A DNA stretch of 64,000 nucleotides from Chrysomallon squamiferum (lineage: Eukaryota > Animalia > Mollusca). Under the pieces are notes generated by a model. That model made no database searches and had not been told where the DNA came from. It saw only the letters and a program-made list of their open reading frames with translations. Below, in pieces: positions 12,329 to 27,217 of this stretch (position 1 is its first letter; each line of letters starts with the position of its first letter). The stretch covers positions 18,972,001-19,036,000 of the forward strand of contig CM022679.1 of assembly GCA_012295275.1 (NCBI GenBank), written 5' to 3'. The position numbers and the translations under genes are program-made.

Positions 12329-15300
12329 CAAATTAAACGCCGAGGGAAAACAAATATTCTTGTAATGGATACAAGTAAAATCGCTTTAGGTCATTTAAAA
12401 GAAAATATTCGAAGATTTTTTTTTTAAGTTATCTTATTGACAGTTTCGTGAAAATGTTATTTGTACAGAATTATACTTTGAACCGTTATTTTAACCGACT
12501 TTGAAAATTTTTGATATTACGATTTTTAAAGTGATAAGAAACGTCTATATATTATATACGTCTATTTAATATGATGAATAATTTACTCGTAAATACAGAA
12601 AGGAATTAAGCATTTGAAAAGAATGTATTTTGATATGCAGTAAATAAAGTAAATTAAATTAAGATGCTATCTACAGGAGCCAATAAAATAAAATAAAATA
12701 AAATAAAATAAAATAAATCCAATTCACTGCATTATAAAACAATAATAATAAGAATAAGAATAATAAACTAAAATAAACTAAATCTACCACGAAATATAAT
12801 AAAAACCATGTGTTTTATTATAAATTATACGACCGAACTAAAGAACGCGCAGTGAAGTTAATAATAAATAAACTAGTGTTATTTATTAACTTCATATTAA
12901 TGTAGATGATGAGCATAGTATTGACACAGCAGCTGTCGTCTAAACAAAGCACGATAAAACTGTATTCATTATTATCATTTAAAGAATTTATTACTAGGTT
13001 TTGTTTTGGATTCTTATCGATTCTTCACAATATTTAACAGTTCTATTATTCGGAAATGACATTGAGGAAATAATTTTGTTGTAATAAAGTTTCCGATGTG
13101 TTGACAGCTCAGCGCTGTTTCATTTAATGAGAGTTTTGTTTGAAATGAAAATGACAGGGGGGAAAAATATAAAAAGAAAAATAAAGAAGAAAGGAAACAA
13201 GGAAAGAATAAGAAAAACAATCGGTCAGACCAGTCTTCGAATTATTCATCAGTATAAAACTGGAAGAAATAATTTTCTTTGACCCCCATCTAACAACTGT
13301 GACAAAGAGAAATACAAAAGAAAGAAAGAGAGAAAGAGATATATAGAAATACAGAATATTTGGCCAACAGTGACGACAACAAGAGCAATTATAATGATGA
13401 TGATGATGATGGTGATGATGATTAAAATAATAGTCCACAATTGCATCACTAAACAGAACACACAAACTAATGTTTTATTTAACCTAACTGCAAAGAACAA
13501 ATAATCCAGACGTACATAAAAATAACTGGTACCGAAAAGGTGATCGAATTTTGCACAAGAAACATCTGGACTGAGAAAATAAGCCTGTGGTAAAAAGGGT
13601 TATTTCTGAACATTTTCAAAACAGAGTGTTTTGTAAGTTAATAGATTATATCTGTTTCGTCTGACGTGAGATGTATTTATTTATTTAACAAGCCAGTCAA
13701 GAATAGCGAATCAATTTATGCCACCAGAAATTCGAAAACAAGAAATATAAGTTGTTTATTTATGTTCCCAGTACTTTGTTTGTAAATTTGTTTAAAATGA
13801 CTTCATGTTTATTTGCCTTCTCGCTACGCTATTTTAAATACGTTTTAAAAAGACATACTTTATGAACCCGTATGCTGTTTGTAAATTGGTTCTAAAATTA
13901 CTTAGTTTATTTTCTTGTAATCTATTTGTAAACAGGTTTTAAGACATTTACCCAGAATGACTAATCAGCTGATTGCTGAAAGCTTTGAAAGGATTTCTGT
14001 TTTTAATCAGAATTACAATGTTTTGCGCTGACTGTAACACTAGTCCATTACCGAGATTAACAGAAACATTTCATAATATTAGTACTATTAAATGGATTTT
14101 AAAATATTATTTACAAACATCGACGCTGGATTCGTTTGTTCCACTTTCTCCAGTTATCTCATGAACTGCAGCTACCTGTAATATAACACGATTTATTTTA
14201 CTTTTTTTTTTTTTATGTTACTGAATAATTTGCTAATTAGTGATATACTGACGGTTCAAGACGATCACTGTAACATTTGATTAAACAAAAAATAAAACGT
14301 ATTTTAAAATACATTTTACGTTTAAATCGATAGCTTCAAAATAAATCACAATAGTAACAAACATCATTTACAGTTACTTATGAACTTTCAAGCAACTGAA
14401 AAACAGTTAATCTCACAAACGTATGAAACATTGTTAAAACATTAAATATAAAGAAAATAAGTTGAAACAAAGACACAGGAAGACAAACAATTTGAACTGG
14501 TAACCGGTAACGAAATGGAATTCCAAAACCTGTTTAAATAACTTTGAAAATCTAACAAGAACTGGAAAATAATTCCATTGCTATTTGTAACTGATATACA
14601 TTGCTCAACGGAATTCTGAATTCTAAAATAAAAAATAACAGTGAAATATAATGAAATAAACGAGAAGAAATTCAAAATATTTATGGAAAAGTCGAAACTA
14701 AATTATTTGCCGTTCTTTTGTGAAAAGCAATACATCTATTCTATTTGATCAAAACTGTTCTCCTCCCTAAGTTTGAAGGTTACTTTCTCCCAAATATACT
14801 TATACTATTTCTTTTTATTTTCCTTTTTATTTTTTCTTTCTTTCTTTCTTTCTTCTTCTTCTTGATTCCTGAAGAAACAATAATGATATCCCAGATAATA
14901 TGATAAGGAAGAATTATTGTCTTTAATACAACTTCATGTTAACTAACTCTTCAACGATCGTACTTCGCTTTCAGTAAAACGTAAAAAGAGACGTGCCAAG
15001 AATCACACTCGTAAAGCACCTGTGCATTACAAAATACACTTCCGCAGCTAATTACAGGAACAGTTTGGCAGTTCATTGTGTTTGAAAAGTTAGTTTGCTA
15101 CATGAAAATATTAAACTTACAAACACAACGGCTTGGCAAGCCAGTTTCTGCCAACAATAATTAGATAATATATTGTTACGTTTTGGCCTGGAGTCCAAGA
15201 ATTCATAAATACATTAGTAAATGTAGGACTAACATTCAAATCTGCTACAGAAGTAATTTAGCTTTCTGCTTTATTTGTATAAAAATCTGCTTTTGTTATT

Positions 15301-15945
15301 TTTAATCATTATTTGATATGAATAAATTACCATACACCCTTAAATGCATAAACTGGCTAAATATATTTGATTATTCTTTAATACTTCACTTAAAACAAAT
15401 CATTGATAATAATGATGGTATAATATAATACAAATACCATATTAATCCGGATGGAACAGTATTTCTGGTAAGATAACTGTGGAAAAAGGTTAAAATTTCT
15501 TATTAATACAATGACAGTTTTAGAAAATATATTATGCCGCATCTAGTTTTTTTTCAAAAGAATATAATTTATAAAGGAGTTGGGCAAGAGATGTAGCACA
15601 AAACACTAATAGAATTTCAAAGTGTCAAACTTAATTCTCTGCATACATTTACACACTTGTGAGTACATTAAGCAGACAAATCAACACTTAGCCAAAGTGT
15701 GTTTAAAGCAGTGCAGTACTAATAAAGTTAAGATAGTTTGTAACATTTACACTACTTGAGACACGTCAGAAATAGTATGAGATGGAACTCAAGATTCGGA
15801 ACCTTAAAAATGTTATCAGAGTACAAAAAGTAGGTCATTACTGTTTGAATATTTTGAATAAAGAAAAAGAAAAATTAGAAGAAAAAGAAGAAGAAGAAAA
15901 AAGATGATAAATACCAACACCATGATAAACATTAACGATAATGTT

Positions 15946-16021
15946 AACATAACGTATAAATAACAACATAACGTATACATAACAACATAACGTATAAATT
16001 ACAACATAACGTATAAATAAC
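15946..16021. repeat. 19-bp minisatellite, 4 copies
   Basis: AACATAACGTATAAATAAC at 15946, 15965, 15984 and 16003, with at most one substitution each. Confidence 0.9.
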
Positions 16022-17535
16022 AGTGATATTAATCATCAAAGTGTCGCTCTGAGTTAAAAGAAGATTTGCGAGGATGATGCTAATTTGCTTAATTTCTTCC
16101 TTTCATATTTCCTGCACCAGCTAGGAAAGAGAAGGCAAATGATTTTTACTTTACCTAAATATTGATATTCAACAGCCGGTGAACGAACATTAATCCATGT
16201 GACATGTTGCTCTTTCAATGCGGACATTAATGAATTAATTTTAACTTCAAAAAGAAGTATTGCAAATATAACAAATATAATGTAAAGAAAAATGAGATTC
16301 TGTGAATATATAAATAGTATATAGATTCATCACAATTTTAATATTTCATTTGTGTATAAATCGTTATTTAATTTAACTATACTTCTTCATATTTGTGATT
16401 TATATAAGGAATAATGTTAACTGATTTTTTTAAATGACAACATTTTTAACATTTATTTTCAAATATTTTCCAATGTTTTGAAATTTTCTTATATTTTAAA
16501 CATTTATAACAGAGTAAAAATAGAATGCATGAAAACAACTACAAATTACTTATCTTAGGAGGAAAATAAAACGGCATTTTTATGACAATAAGCGAATTAT
16601 TGCAGATAATGTACAGTGAAATGGACTAGTGTTATGAAAACAGGCGAAAGCAAAACAAGCAAGTCTGTTAACAGACATGCAGGATAATTTACCTTGTTGC
16701 AGGTAATTAATGAAATCGCTACTATTATTATTTGGATTATTTAGTAATCATCAGTTTTATGGCTGAGAAAAACAATTGCCAGTAAAAGAATAAACAGGAA
16801 ATAGGGTCTGAGTTAGATAAAATGAAACCAAATCAAATCAAAGCAAATAAAGGAAAATAAAATAAAATAAATGGACGAAGTTTCACTGAATTTCAAGTTT
16901 ACACTAATTTAGACCAGTTTTATTGTCTCCCATTACAATGAAACAGTTATAACACACAGAATGGTGCACAGTTTCATCATCTTTACCTCAGCCATAATGG
17001 CTATTTTCCTGGAATACACACCACACACATAAAACAACATTTATTCTAAAATCACCATAAATATTTAAAACTTACTTATTTAACAAAGGTTATCAATTTA
17101 TCCATGCAGTACATACCTTAAAATAAATAAGTCATTAATATCAGTAAGATAATATAATTTCTTCAAATTACACACAATATCAACTGCTTAATTTTAGATA
17201 TAGAAAAATTCCGTTGTTTAATATAGCCATATGCAAACCTTAATAATATTAATAAAAATAATCACTGGATTCAGTCTCTCTCGTTTGATGCATTATTAAC
17301 GGAAAACTCATCGTAATGCAATACATGTATATACTGCTAGTAAAGATCGCTTTTTAAATATATGTACATATTTCTTAGTTAGCAGATGAGTTTATGTATG
17401 AGTGCCTTTAGTTATTTTTAGTTAGTTGTTGTTGTACTCGTATGAAAAAGAGAAATCGGAATACAAACGTGTGTTTATATATATTTAGATTTCTTGTGTT
17501 CTTCATATACTCTCACTGACGCACACTCAATATGA

Positions 17536-17783
<248 letters not shown>

Positions 17784-18552
17784 TGTAAGTGTGTGCATAG
17801 TAACAAGTACAAACATAATTTAAAACAAAGGCATAAATGAACGCCAGATCATCTGTTCGCACCTGAAGATAACTACAAAACAACAAAACACCTCAGACAA
17901 AAAGTGCCATAACTATTTATCATAATATAACATTGTAAATCTCAGCTGTCAGTTTAGATGTTCCCTGTACGATGAGAATTTTCTCGTTTAGGCTTCAACA
18001 CGTTTCTGTGACAGGTCTTCAGATGGGCTGACTTGCAAGGATATGTTCTGATTGTGAGAAGAAGAAGAAAAAATCCCGCATTCAGCGAGACTAAGAGCAC
18101 CTCATTCAATCTATTGCTGACCTTCACGAAATTATTCAGATTAATCTTTTCCTATACAATGATTGAAATCTACTGAGCGTTTCATGAAAATGGTCTACAG
18201 AGCAGAACAAACCTGCAGCTTGGCGGAAGAGGGCAGGCCCTGCGGCTGTGTGTTCACTCTGTCCCAATTCCCCGTTTCCAGTTTCATGACTTCATATTTG
18301 ACATGGTGTGGCATATTCTGTAGTAAAGTGCATTTCTTTCTGATGTTTTGTTTGTTTGGTATACAGAGCATAGAATAAAACAGAAGACAATATCGTGAAT
18401 GATTTGTCAGAACATAAAAAAAATATCAAATTCACACAACAACTACAACAACAACAATAATAATAACTGATGATGATGATAATTATGTATTCTGAAGGGG
18501 TTTTAAATATTTAGATTTAGGGTAACAAAACTGAATAAAAAATTTAGTCATC

Positions 18553-18598
<46 letters not shown>

Positions 18599-20058
18599 AG
18601 AAAAAAAAAACACTAAAATATAATTTAATTAAAAATTTGAAAAATAATTTTTAAATTGATTTCGAATCGATTCCAGCTTAGTCAAAAAAACAAGAAAAAA
18701 AACCAAAAAACAACAACAAACAAAGAAAACAAGAAAAAAAAACAAGAAAAAAAAAACAACCTAAGAGTTCTTCTCCAAGTAGTCAGAAAGCGAAAATTTT
18801 CGGATTTTTACCAGTCCAGTAATTGACAGCTATATTTAATTACATGTTTTTTTGTTATTTTTTAAATGTATCTTTGATCACTTCACAGAGCTAAATATGT
18901 GGATTAAGTGACAGACTTTACAGCTACTTCCAGCCACAGCGCTCTTCCCTAAGGCAGTCATATGAACAATGATGCCAGTGAGACAATGAATATAAAAAAT
19001 TTATTTAATTTGTTCACTGCGGATGTGGGTTTTTTCTCATAAGCTGTGTATCTGCAGAATATAAATTTCCTTTTTTTTACCTTCTTCATCATTTATATAC
19101 TATAAAATCTAAATGTATTATTAACCAAATAATAAATTATTTTACAAAGCAATGAAATATGAACATTTTGAACATTTCTATGCTGGGAACCTTAAAAATC
19201 ATAAGAAACTTACCTATGTTTTTCCATACAGTGAATTTAAAATATTTAAGGATCTTGCCTATATATACTTTTGAGTGGGTTTATTCTCATTTGGTCGAAT
19301 TCCCAACTGCTCGAACCTTAAAACAACAACAGATATGGTTTAATAGTTTTACTGATATGCATGTCATTTCAATGAACTGTTCCAGATTAGTTACAATCCG
19401 TTTATTATAGTCTTTAGAAAAATTAAATGTGAAGGTCTGCATCAAAAATGTTTATTATAAGGTTAGATAAGATGATGTTTCTTTAACTATAACAAAATTA
19501 TTTTTGCATTTCAGAGTTAATACTCACACAAAACAAAACGACACTTGACAAAGATTCTGGATGATATAGATAATAATAAGAATATGTTATAAAAAGATGA
19601 TTACTGGGCACTAAAAGTTAATAATAATTTAAAAACACAAAAACACACTATAAAAACCCCTAAACTGTTAAAATGTTTTTAGATGATTCATTAATTCAAA
19701 TCACTGCACACTCGAAAAGTGACAAATGTCGCCCAGTTCATTAACTTCACAGGTAAAAAGGTCGAGTTTACATAACAGCAAAATTATATAAATAAAAATT
19801 AATTAGTTTATTAATTACAAATATTTCATGTCTCAGATTTAAGAAGATTAATTCATTATTTAGATTAATGTTTGGTCTTTTTAATATTAATTTTACTAAA
19901 GCGTTTTGTGAATGTCAGCTGAATTCGAAATATCACATTATTATGATTTCTATATCTGAGTAAAAAATCAGTAACGTTATTTACGCATAACGTAAATATG
20001 GTAACACGTATTTTTTATTTTGATATTTATTTTGTTGCTTTAAAGAGAGCGAAGACAC

Positions 20059-20060
<2 letters not shown>

Positions 20061-20113
<53 letters not shown>

Positions 20114-20137
20114 GAAGTAATAGTAGTAGTAGTAATA
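20061..20137. repeat. (AAT)n-(AGT)n microsatellite
   Basis: Direct reading. Confidence 0.93.
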
Positions 20138-22969
20138 AAATATTCAGAAAAGCAAAATAAAAGAGAACAAAAAACAAACAAAAGAAACAAAAAACATTTA
20201 TATCAAACAGTTGTTATGAAAGAGATAGTCCAGACTTTAAAGTTCATGTGGATATAACTGAGAAGTAGATATTCCAAGTGATCCAGTGATAGATACATCT
20301 TGAGATTCAAAGCGCCAGACAGACATCGCAGCTTAGTTCTTTGTAAATTTTGAACTGAATGCAAATACTAACCGTGTAATTGAAGAAAATGTGCCTAAAA
20401 TATAAATTTTTTTACAACATCGATAAGTTAAAAAGTAATTTTATGACACTAACTAGCTTGTCAAAACATTGATTGTTAACTTAACTCTTATGTAAATATA
20501 TATGATATAAAAAAAAGAAAGAAAAAAAAAAAAAAAACTGTTTTGAATTCGTCTTTCGAATGTTTTCAGCAAGATTCGAAAACACCATTAATATCATGAG
20601 ATTTGTACTCTTCATGCGTTTCATCCAGTATCAGCGACCTGATTTATTATTATTAACTATTCTACTATTAATAAAATAGTGACTTATAAACGTAAAAATA
20701 ATCTTCACATCTAATTATTATTATATATATCTTTGTAGCATTTAAAGAAAGTATTTTGAAGCTTTAATGAATGAATGAATATTTGTTTACAATAAATCCA
20801 TAAATATAATGTTAACATTAATTAGATATGAAATATATTCCTATTTTCTTTGTATAATGGTATGCGGCAGAAATCAGTTCTCTTATAGCTTCGTTTTTGT
20901 AATAGTATAAGCATATGCCACTATTGTTGGAGTACTGATCGTAAAAACAAATATCGAAGTAAGCAATAGGCTGGAAAAGTAATCTGCTGACAGCTTATAT
21001 GATCACAGTAATCTTACTAGCTTATCTCTGGATTCACGTCGTTCTCACTAGACTTTAACATTAATGGATAAATCACTTATTATATGATACTTCAAGTAAA
21101 TAAACAAATATAAATCTGTAAATTATTTTAAAATAGTAACTGTATCTCTTATTTAATTACTTGTTAATTAGTACCTCTGACAAACAAACAGTAACGATGG
21201 TGAACATTCTACAAAAAAAAAGTTGTAACCTCTTCACAGCGATAATAAAACATTTAGCCGGTAATTATTCTGACAATGAAATAGTTACTTTCAGCGAGTA
21301 ATTAATTACTTATTAATTAGATATTTAAATAAACAATTTAAAGATCAGAACATAATTAAGCTGTATGTAATACGTTCAATAAAACTTTAATTTTTCGAAT
21401 CTTTTAGAAAAAAATGTTCTGTCGTACTTCTCTCTCTGTCCTCAACAACAAAAATAACAATAATAAATAAATAAATAAATTAAGAACACCATAAAAATAA
21501 TAATATTATAAAAGAGAAAATGATTCCATCGTTTTCAATAGTAAGGGAATGGTTTGAAAAAAAATAATAATACTGTCAGCTAATATTCTCTACATCTTTT
21601 TACCAATTCCCACTCTATTTACTAGGGTGAAGACAATGTGTCAGAGTTTCCCATTTACAGATTATTCGACTAATACCTGAAAGACACTGGCTTAGATACC
21701 TCGTTACAGTAAATGTCTACGTTTACAAAACAAGCAACATTTTAAAGGACAGGTTGACTAATTTTACACGCAATTCCATTATCATGACATTCTGTTAAAT
21801 AAATTCCCGACAAAGAAAAAAAAGTATCGAAACTGTTTAATGTCTTACCGTTTAGTTCATATTTTTTTAATCCACTTTTTTCTTTTACTTTTTTGCTTTG
21901 AATGTGATGATTTGACAGTAAGACTAGCTTAAGTCACGTTAGTGTCGCAGCATCTACGTTATTTAGGTCACAGAGACGTTTTGGTAATGGCTGAAGCTTT
22001 TGACAAAAATCCTAATGCTTTTAACCCAAAGTCAAGCAACTGCACGATAAAACCAGCCTACACACAACTTAGCAAATCGAATTTGTTCTCGTCAATTACT
22101 GCCGGCTTGCGTAACGATCAATTCATATTACGTTTTTATTTTCATATCCAGCTTTATTAAACATGTTGAAATAATCATTCAACTGAAAAAAAAAATGTAT
22201 TTAATTGTGATGAAAATTGCTTTTGCAGCTGTTCTCTTCAAAGAACGGAGCTCGCGTTTACTTCTGTTAGAGTATGCGTGTGTACGCGTCTTTTCATAAT
22301 GCTGATTGCAATTTGCATGATCAAAAGACATCAGCTGAAAATTGGTGTTGAAATAGTCATTATATAATTCAATGGTAGCTGCTATAATTATGGTAATTTT
22401 AAAATTGGAGAAAATTGACTGCAGTTTTATATAATGTGAGTGAACAAATTTGGAAGGAGAAAGCATAGACATACAGAATTGCAAACAACATAACAAAAGT
22501 AATAGTATTTTAGACAGAAACAAAGAACAGTTTTAAATGAAAATAACAAAAAATAAGTTCTGCTTTTTCACACTATTACTACAGCATCTTGAGGAAAATT
22601 TGTTCAGAGAGAGAGAGATTAATATTTATTTTATTTTAAAATTTGTAGCACATCTACTGAGTGACAAGTTAACTGTCTTCTGCAGGATGATAAAAACATG
22701 TTTACATAAATACAGAACTCCGGGAAACCACACACGTTTCGTCACACTCAAACTGAGAAGAAGTAATTGCAGACAAACACATTGTACTGTCGTAAAAGTA
22801 TTCTACACGCATCAGGTAAGAGAAAGAACATGACTTTATGTACAGAAATTTTAGGATCAATACAACGACAGAAGAAGCAATAACAGAAAGTGTTGTATTT
22901 GTTATCATGACTAGAAATATACTAATAATAAAAACTACCCATCCGATATAAGTATGTAAAAGGAGGAAA

Positions 22970-23604
<635 letters not shown>

Positions 23605-24388
23605 TCGCGCATATGCAAATATTCACTGGAAGAAAGTTTTCGAAGGCTGTAAAACACATTTTCCAGTGTTGTCTGGAGTAATAAGAAATAATTAAACTAT
23701 TCATGCAATACACAGAGTGGCTGCTATTTGTTTCGAATAAGACTGCTTGTGCACTTGCATGTAATGCTGTGCGAATTCAAAATAGTTGTGATTTTATGCA
23801 CTGCTGAAATATGTACAAAATAGTCCATAACTTAAATGTTAAAGATATTTTTGTAAACATCTTTTAAAAATGCATGTCCTAAATTTATTTATTTGAAAGT
23901 AATATGAAACAAATTTTTTCAAAAATAAATCGCGCATGTACGCATGCGTACTTACACACATGTACCTAACAGTAACACTAACTTAAAAATCTTGTTGAGA
24001 TCAAAATACGTTTTTAAGTCTATATCTATGTATATGTAAGTCTTTGTGTGCGTATTTAATTAATGAGATATCTATTTTACCTTTAAAATAAAAAATAAAA
24101 ATCCTGTAAATATATTTCAAAGACAGAAACAAGAATTATCAAGTAAAGAAACAAAACAAATAGCAACATATATATAGATGATTCCAAAAGTGGAAAAATA
24201 TTTTTAAGTCGAACTGAGTTAAGCCGTGGAAATCTGGTTAAATCTGTTCGTTCGATCACATATCTGCCTAACTGAAAGCATGGTATCTTAATTCAGTCAT
24301 TTGAAAATAGCAGGAAATAACTGTATATTAAACAAGGCAATCATATAAATATTCTGAAAAAATAGATATGATTCTTAGTCCCACTTTA

Positions 24389-24392
<4 letters not shown>

Positions 24393-24475
<83 letters not shown>
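24393..24475. repeat. (CT)n microsatellite
   Basis: Direct reading. Confidence 0.95.
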
Positions 24476-24479
<4 letters not shown>

Positions 24480-25074
24480 TTCAGGACGATTGCAATTACT
24501 TTAGTATGACTTGAATAGTATACTAATGATATGAACTACCGTCGGCAGGCATTTTCAAAAGAAAAAAACAAACAAACAAAAAAAGAAAAAGAAAGAAAAA
24601 AGAAGAAGAAAGAATGAATTACTGAAGCCACCAACATGTGTTTCAAATAACTGACATATATTTGGAGTAGATGTCTGGAAACATACCTCAGACAATGTTT
24701 TCCTAGGCATTAGTGTTAAGTTGTGAGCCGACAGCGAACTAAATCAAATACACTTCTCAGCTCAATTCCAGAAACATAAACGTCAGCAACAAAACTGTTA
24801 CTGCATATTCCCTATAGTCGAACAGGTTTTCTCTTTGATCGTTCCACATGGAATATATATATATATATATATATAGATAGATCCGTACGCATTTGCTTTG
24901 GATCAGTTTTTGTTTTGGTCTTTTTGTGAATGTATGTATGTATGTATGTATGTGTGTGTATGTGTATGTGTATGCGTATGTGTATGTGTATGTGTATTGT
25001 ATATGTATGTATGTTTGTGTATGTATATGTGTGTGCATATATAATACATTCATACACAAACACAACAGATATAC

Positions 25075-25324
25075 CGTGTTCCTGCCAAGTGCAAGTATAT
25101 AATATATATGTAAGACAGTAACAGAAGGATAGGCAGATAGATACGTGATATGTATACACAAACATACATACGTACATGGGCATATACACACACACACACA
25201 TATATATATGTATATACCCATGTACGTATGTATGTTTGTGTATACATATCACGTATCTATCTGCCTATCCTTCTGTTACTGTCTTACATATATATATTAT
25301 ATACTTGCACTTGGCAGGAACACG
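25075..25324. repeat. Long near-perfect inverted repeat (foldback palindrome)
   Basis: 25075-25180 is the reverse complement of 25217-25324 except for one TA indel. Pairing extends 8 bp inward with one mismatch, leaving a ~20-nt CA/TA loop. Confidence 0.95.
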
Positions 25325-26529
25325 ATGTATGTGTATATATATATATGTAATTGAAATAATTGCATATTCTGATATCAAAATATTTATAATTTCAGAGAAC
25401 ATTTATTTTCACTTTTTACTTAAATAATTTCCATTGTATATCTCATACTTAAAATGCTTACAAAATATCTTACATTTATCAGAACTGAAGCAATTTGTTT
25501 TTAAAATGCCACCAATAGTCTTTTATTAAAAAGAAATTTAGTCAAGTTTAATGATTACCGAAAGGAAATATTATTATTTGTTTCTTTCAGAAATATCATA
25601 AATGTGTCTACCGAAATCTTGTGTTGAATGAAGTTAAATGGATTTGTTTTTCTTAATGTCATTAATAGTCATTTATTAAATGAAGTTAAATTTATTTACA
25701 TTATCTGTTTCTTTCAAACTCTCATTGAAACGCCTTCATAATACCTTATGTTAAACAGAAATAATTCGTATTAGCTTGTGTCAAAATGAAATTAATAGCT
25801 TAAACAATATATTATGTTAAACAGAAATGAAGTGAAATTTGATTACACTGCATACTGTTATTTACTTTGGCATGGAGGGGAAATGAATAGTTGTAGATAA
25901 TTAACGACAGGTGATGCTTGGCACGTTGTGGTCTCTGTATTTACTCATCAGTAGTTCCGCTTGGTTCCTTTCACAATTCTGAAGAAATATTTCCTTTCTC
26001 TAATTGAGTAATCACTTGAAAAAACACGTCTTGTTGAAAATTCTATCAGGTTCTTGCAGGATTTTTGTAAATTAAAAAGTGAAAGATAAACGTAAGACGG
26101 AGTAGTATAATAAATAGTGATTTCGTCTGAAATAATCTCTAATTTCGTTTTTATTTTATTTTATGTTAGATGGATACACACACACATGCATACACATACA
26201 TGCGATATACATAATACATTCTAAATACATACATACATACATTCATATATACATACCTTTACACTCATAATTCATACATGCCTACATAAACACACATACA
26301 TTCATTTATGAGAATTTCACACACGTATTCATTCTCCTGAAATTTTTTATAAAGTAAATATATTATAGTCAATATCAAATGGAGAACAAAAAAAAAAAAA
26401 TAATAATAATAATAATAATCTTTTGATTGAAGACATTGTTGATGAATATTCTGAAAAATGTGACAAAACAAAACGATGAATGTGACTGGCTAATCTCGGA
26501 TAAATTACATTATCTAAAATCGTTTCTTA

Positions 26530-27017
26530 GCTCTTGACGTCATCGGAAGTGATATTTTCGCTTGAATGTAAAATAGTAGGCAGGAAACAAGAGCTGGTTG
26601 ATAGGTCTGTCAACTACAATAGAGACGCCGCCGCTTTTGGCCTGGTCCATAAGGTCATTGTGAATATCGCCCTGGCACTTGGCGAGCATCTTATTTTGTA
26701 TGTCACATCGAGTAATGTAAATACATCGCAGATGGATGAGCCGTTTTACTCATCGATGACGCAGATAATTAGTTGCTGCGCCGTCATGTCTGGAATGGGT
26801 TAAGAAAAAATGCACGTACTCTGTGACGGTATTATTGTATTTCTCAGTCATCGGAATTAATCGGAGATCGTGTTCAAGCGATATCAAGACGAATGGCCAA
26901 TAAGTGAACATGTAGCCCGGGCACGAAGATGGATGTATGCTGTCAACACCAAGCAGAAAAGCATATTTTTCTGTCAATAACCGTTTAACAAAATTCGAGC
27001 CCGCGAGGTGTTCAGTT
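26530..27017. promoter_or_regulatory. CpG-rich promoter/enhancer-like island
   Basis: Full CRE TGACGTCA (26535-26542) next to ETS-type CGGAAGTG (26544-26551), TGACGCA (26757-26763), CCAAT (26897-26901) and Inr-like TCAGTT (27012-27017). CpG density is visibly above the flanks. Confidence 0.4.
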
Positions 27018-27217
27018 CAGAAATCTATTGAAATCCTACGCATTTCTGAGATACTTTTAAACACTGTAGATTTCTGAGATATATTGAAATACTTTGGATT
27101 TCAGAGATCTGCTAAAATGCTGTGATGTCGGAGATGCTTTGAATGGTCTAGATTTGAGAAATGTAATGAAATGCTCTGCATTTCAGAGATAAAAAGAAAT
27201 GCCGAAGATTTCAAAAT
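27015..27217. repeat. Degenerate 27-28 bp minisatellite, ~7.3 copies
   Basis: Units start at 27015, 27043, 27071, 27099, 27126, 27153, 27181 and 27209; consensus TTTC(A/T)GAGATnnnnTGAAATnCTnnnnA. Confidence 0.8.

Noticed and set aside
21568-21590. 12-nt match to miR-8 (TAATACTGTCAG); partial miR-216-, miR-36- and miR-133-like strings at ~17938, ~48001 and ~54755
   Set aside because: The matches break off before the full mature sequence and no precursor hairpin is evident.
24757-25427. Six overlapping ORFs with mirrored sequences on both strands
   Set aside because: Artefact of the palindrome and the flanking TATG/CA microsatellites.
27015-27217. CRISPR-like repeat/spacer appearance
   Set aside because: Eukaryotic context, variable parts only 4-8 nt long, degenerate repeats and no cas genes.
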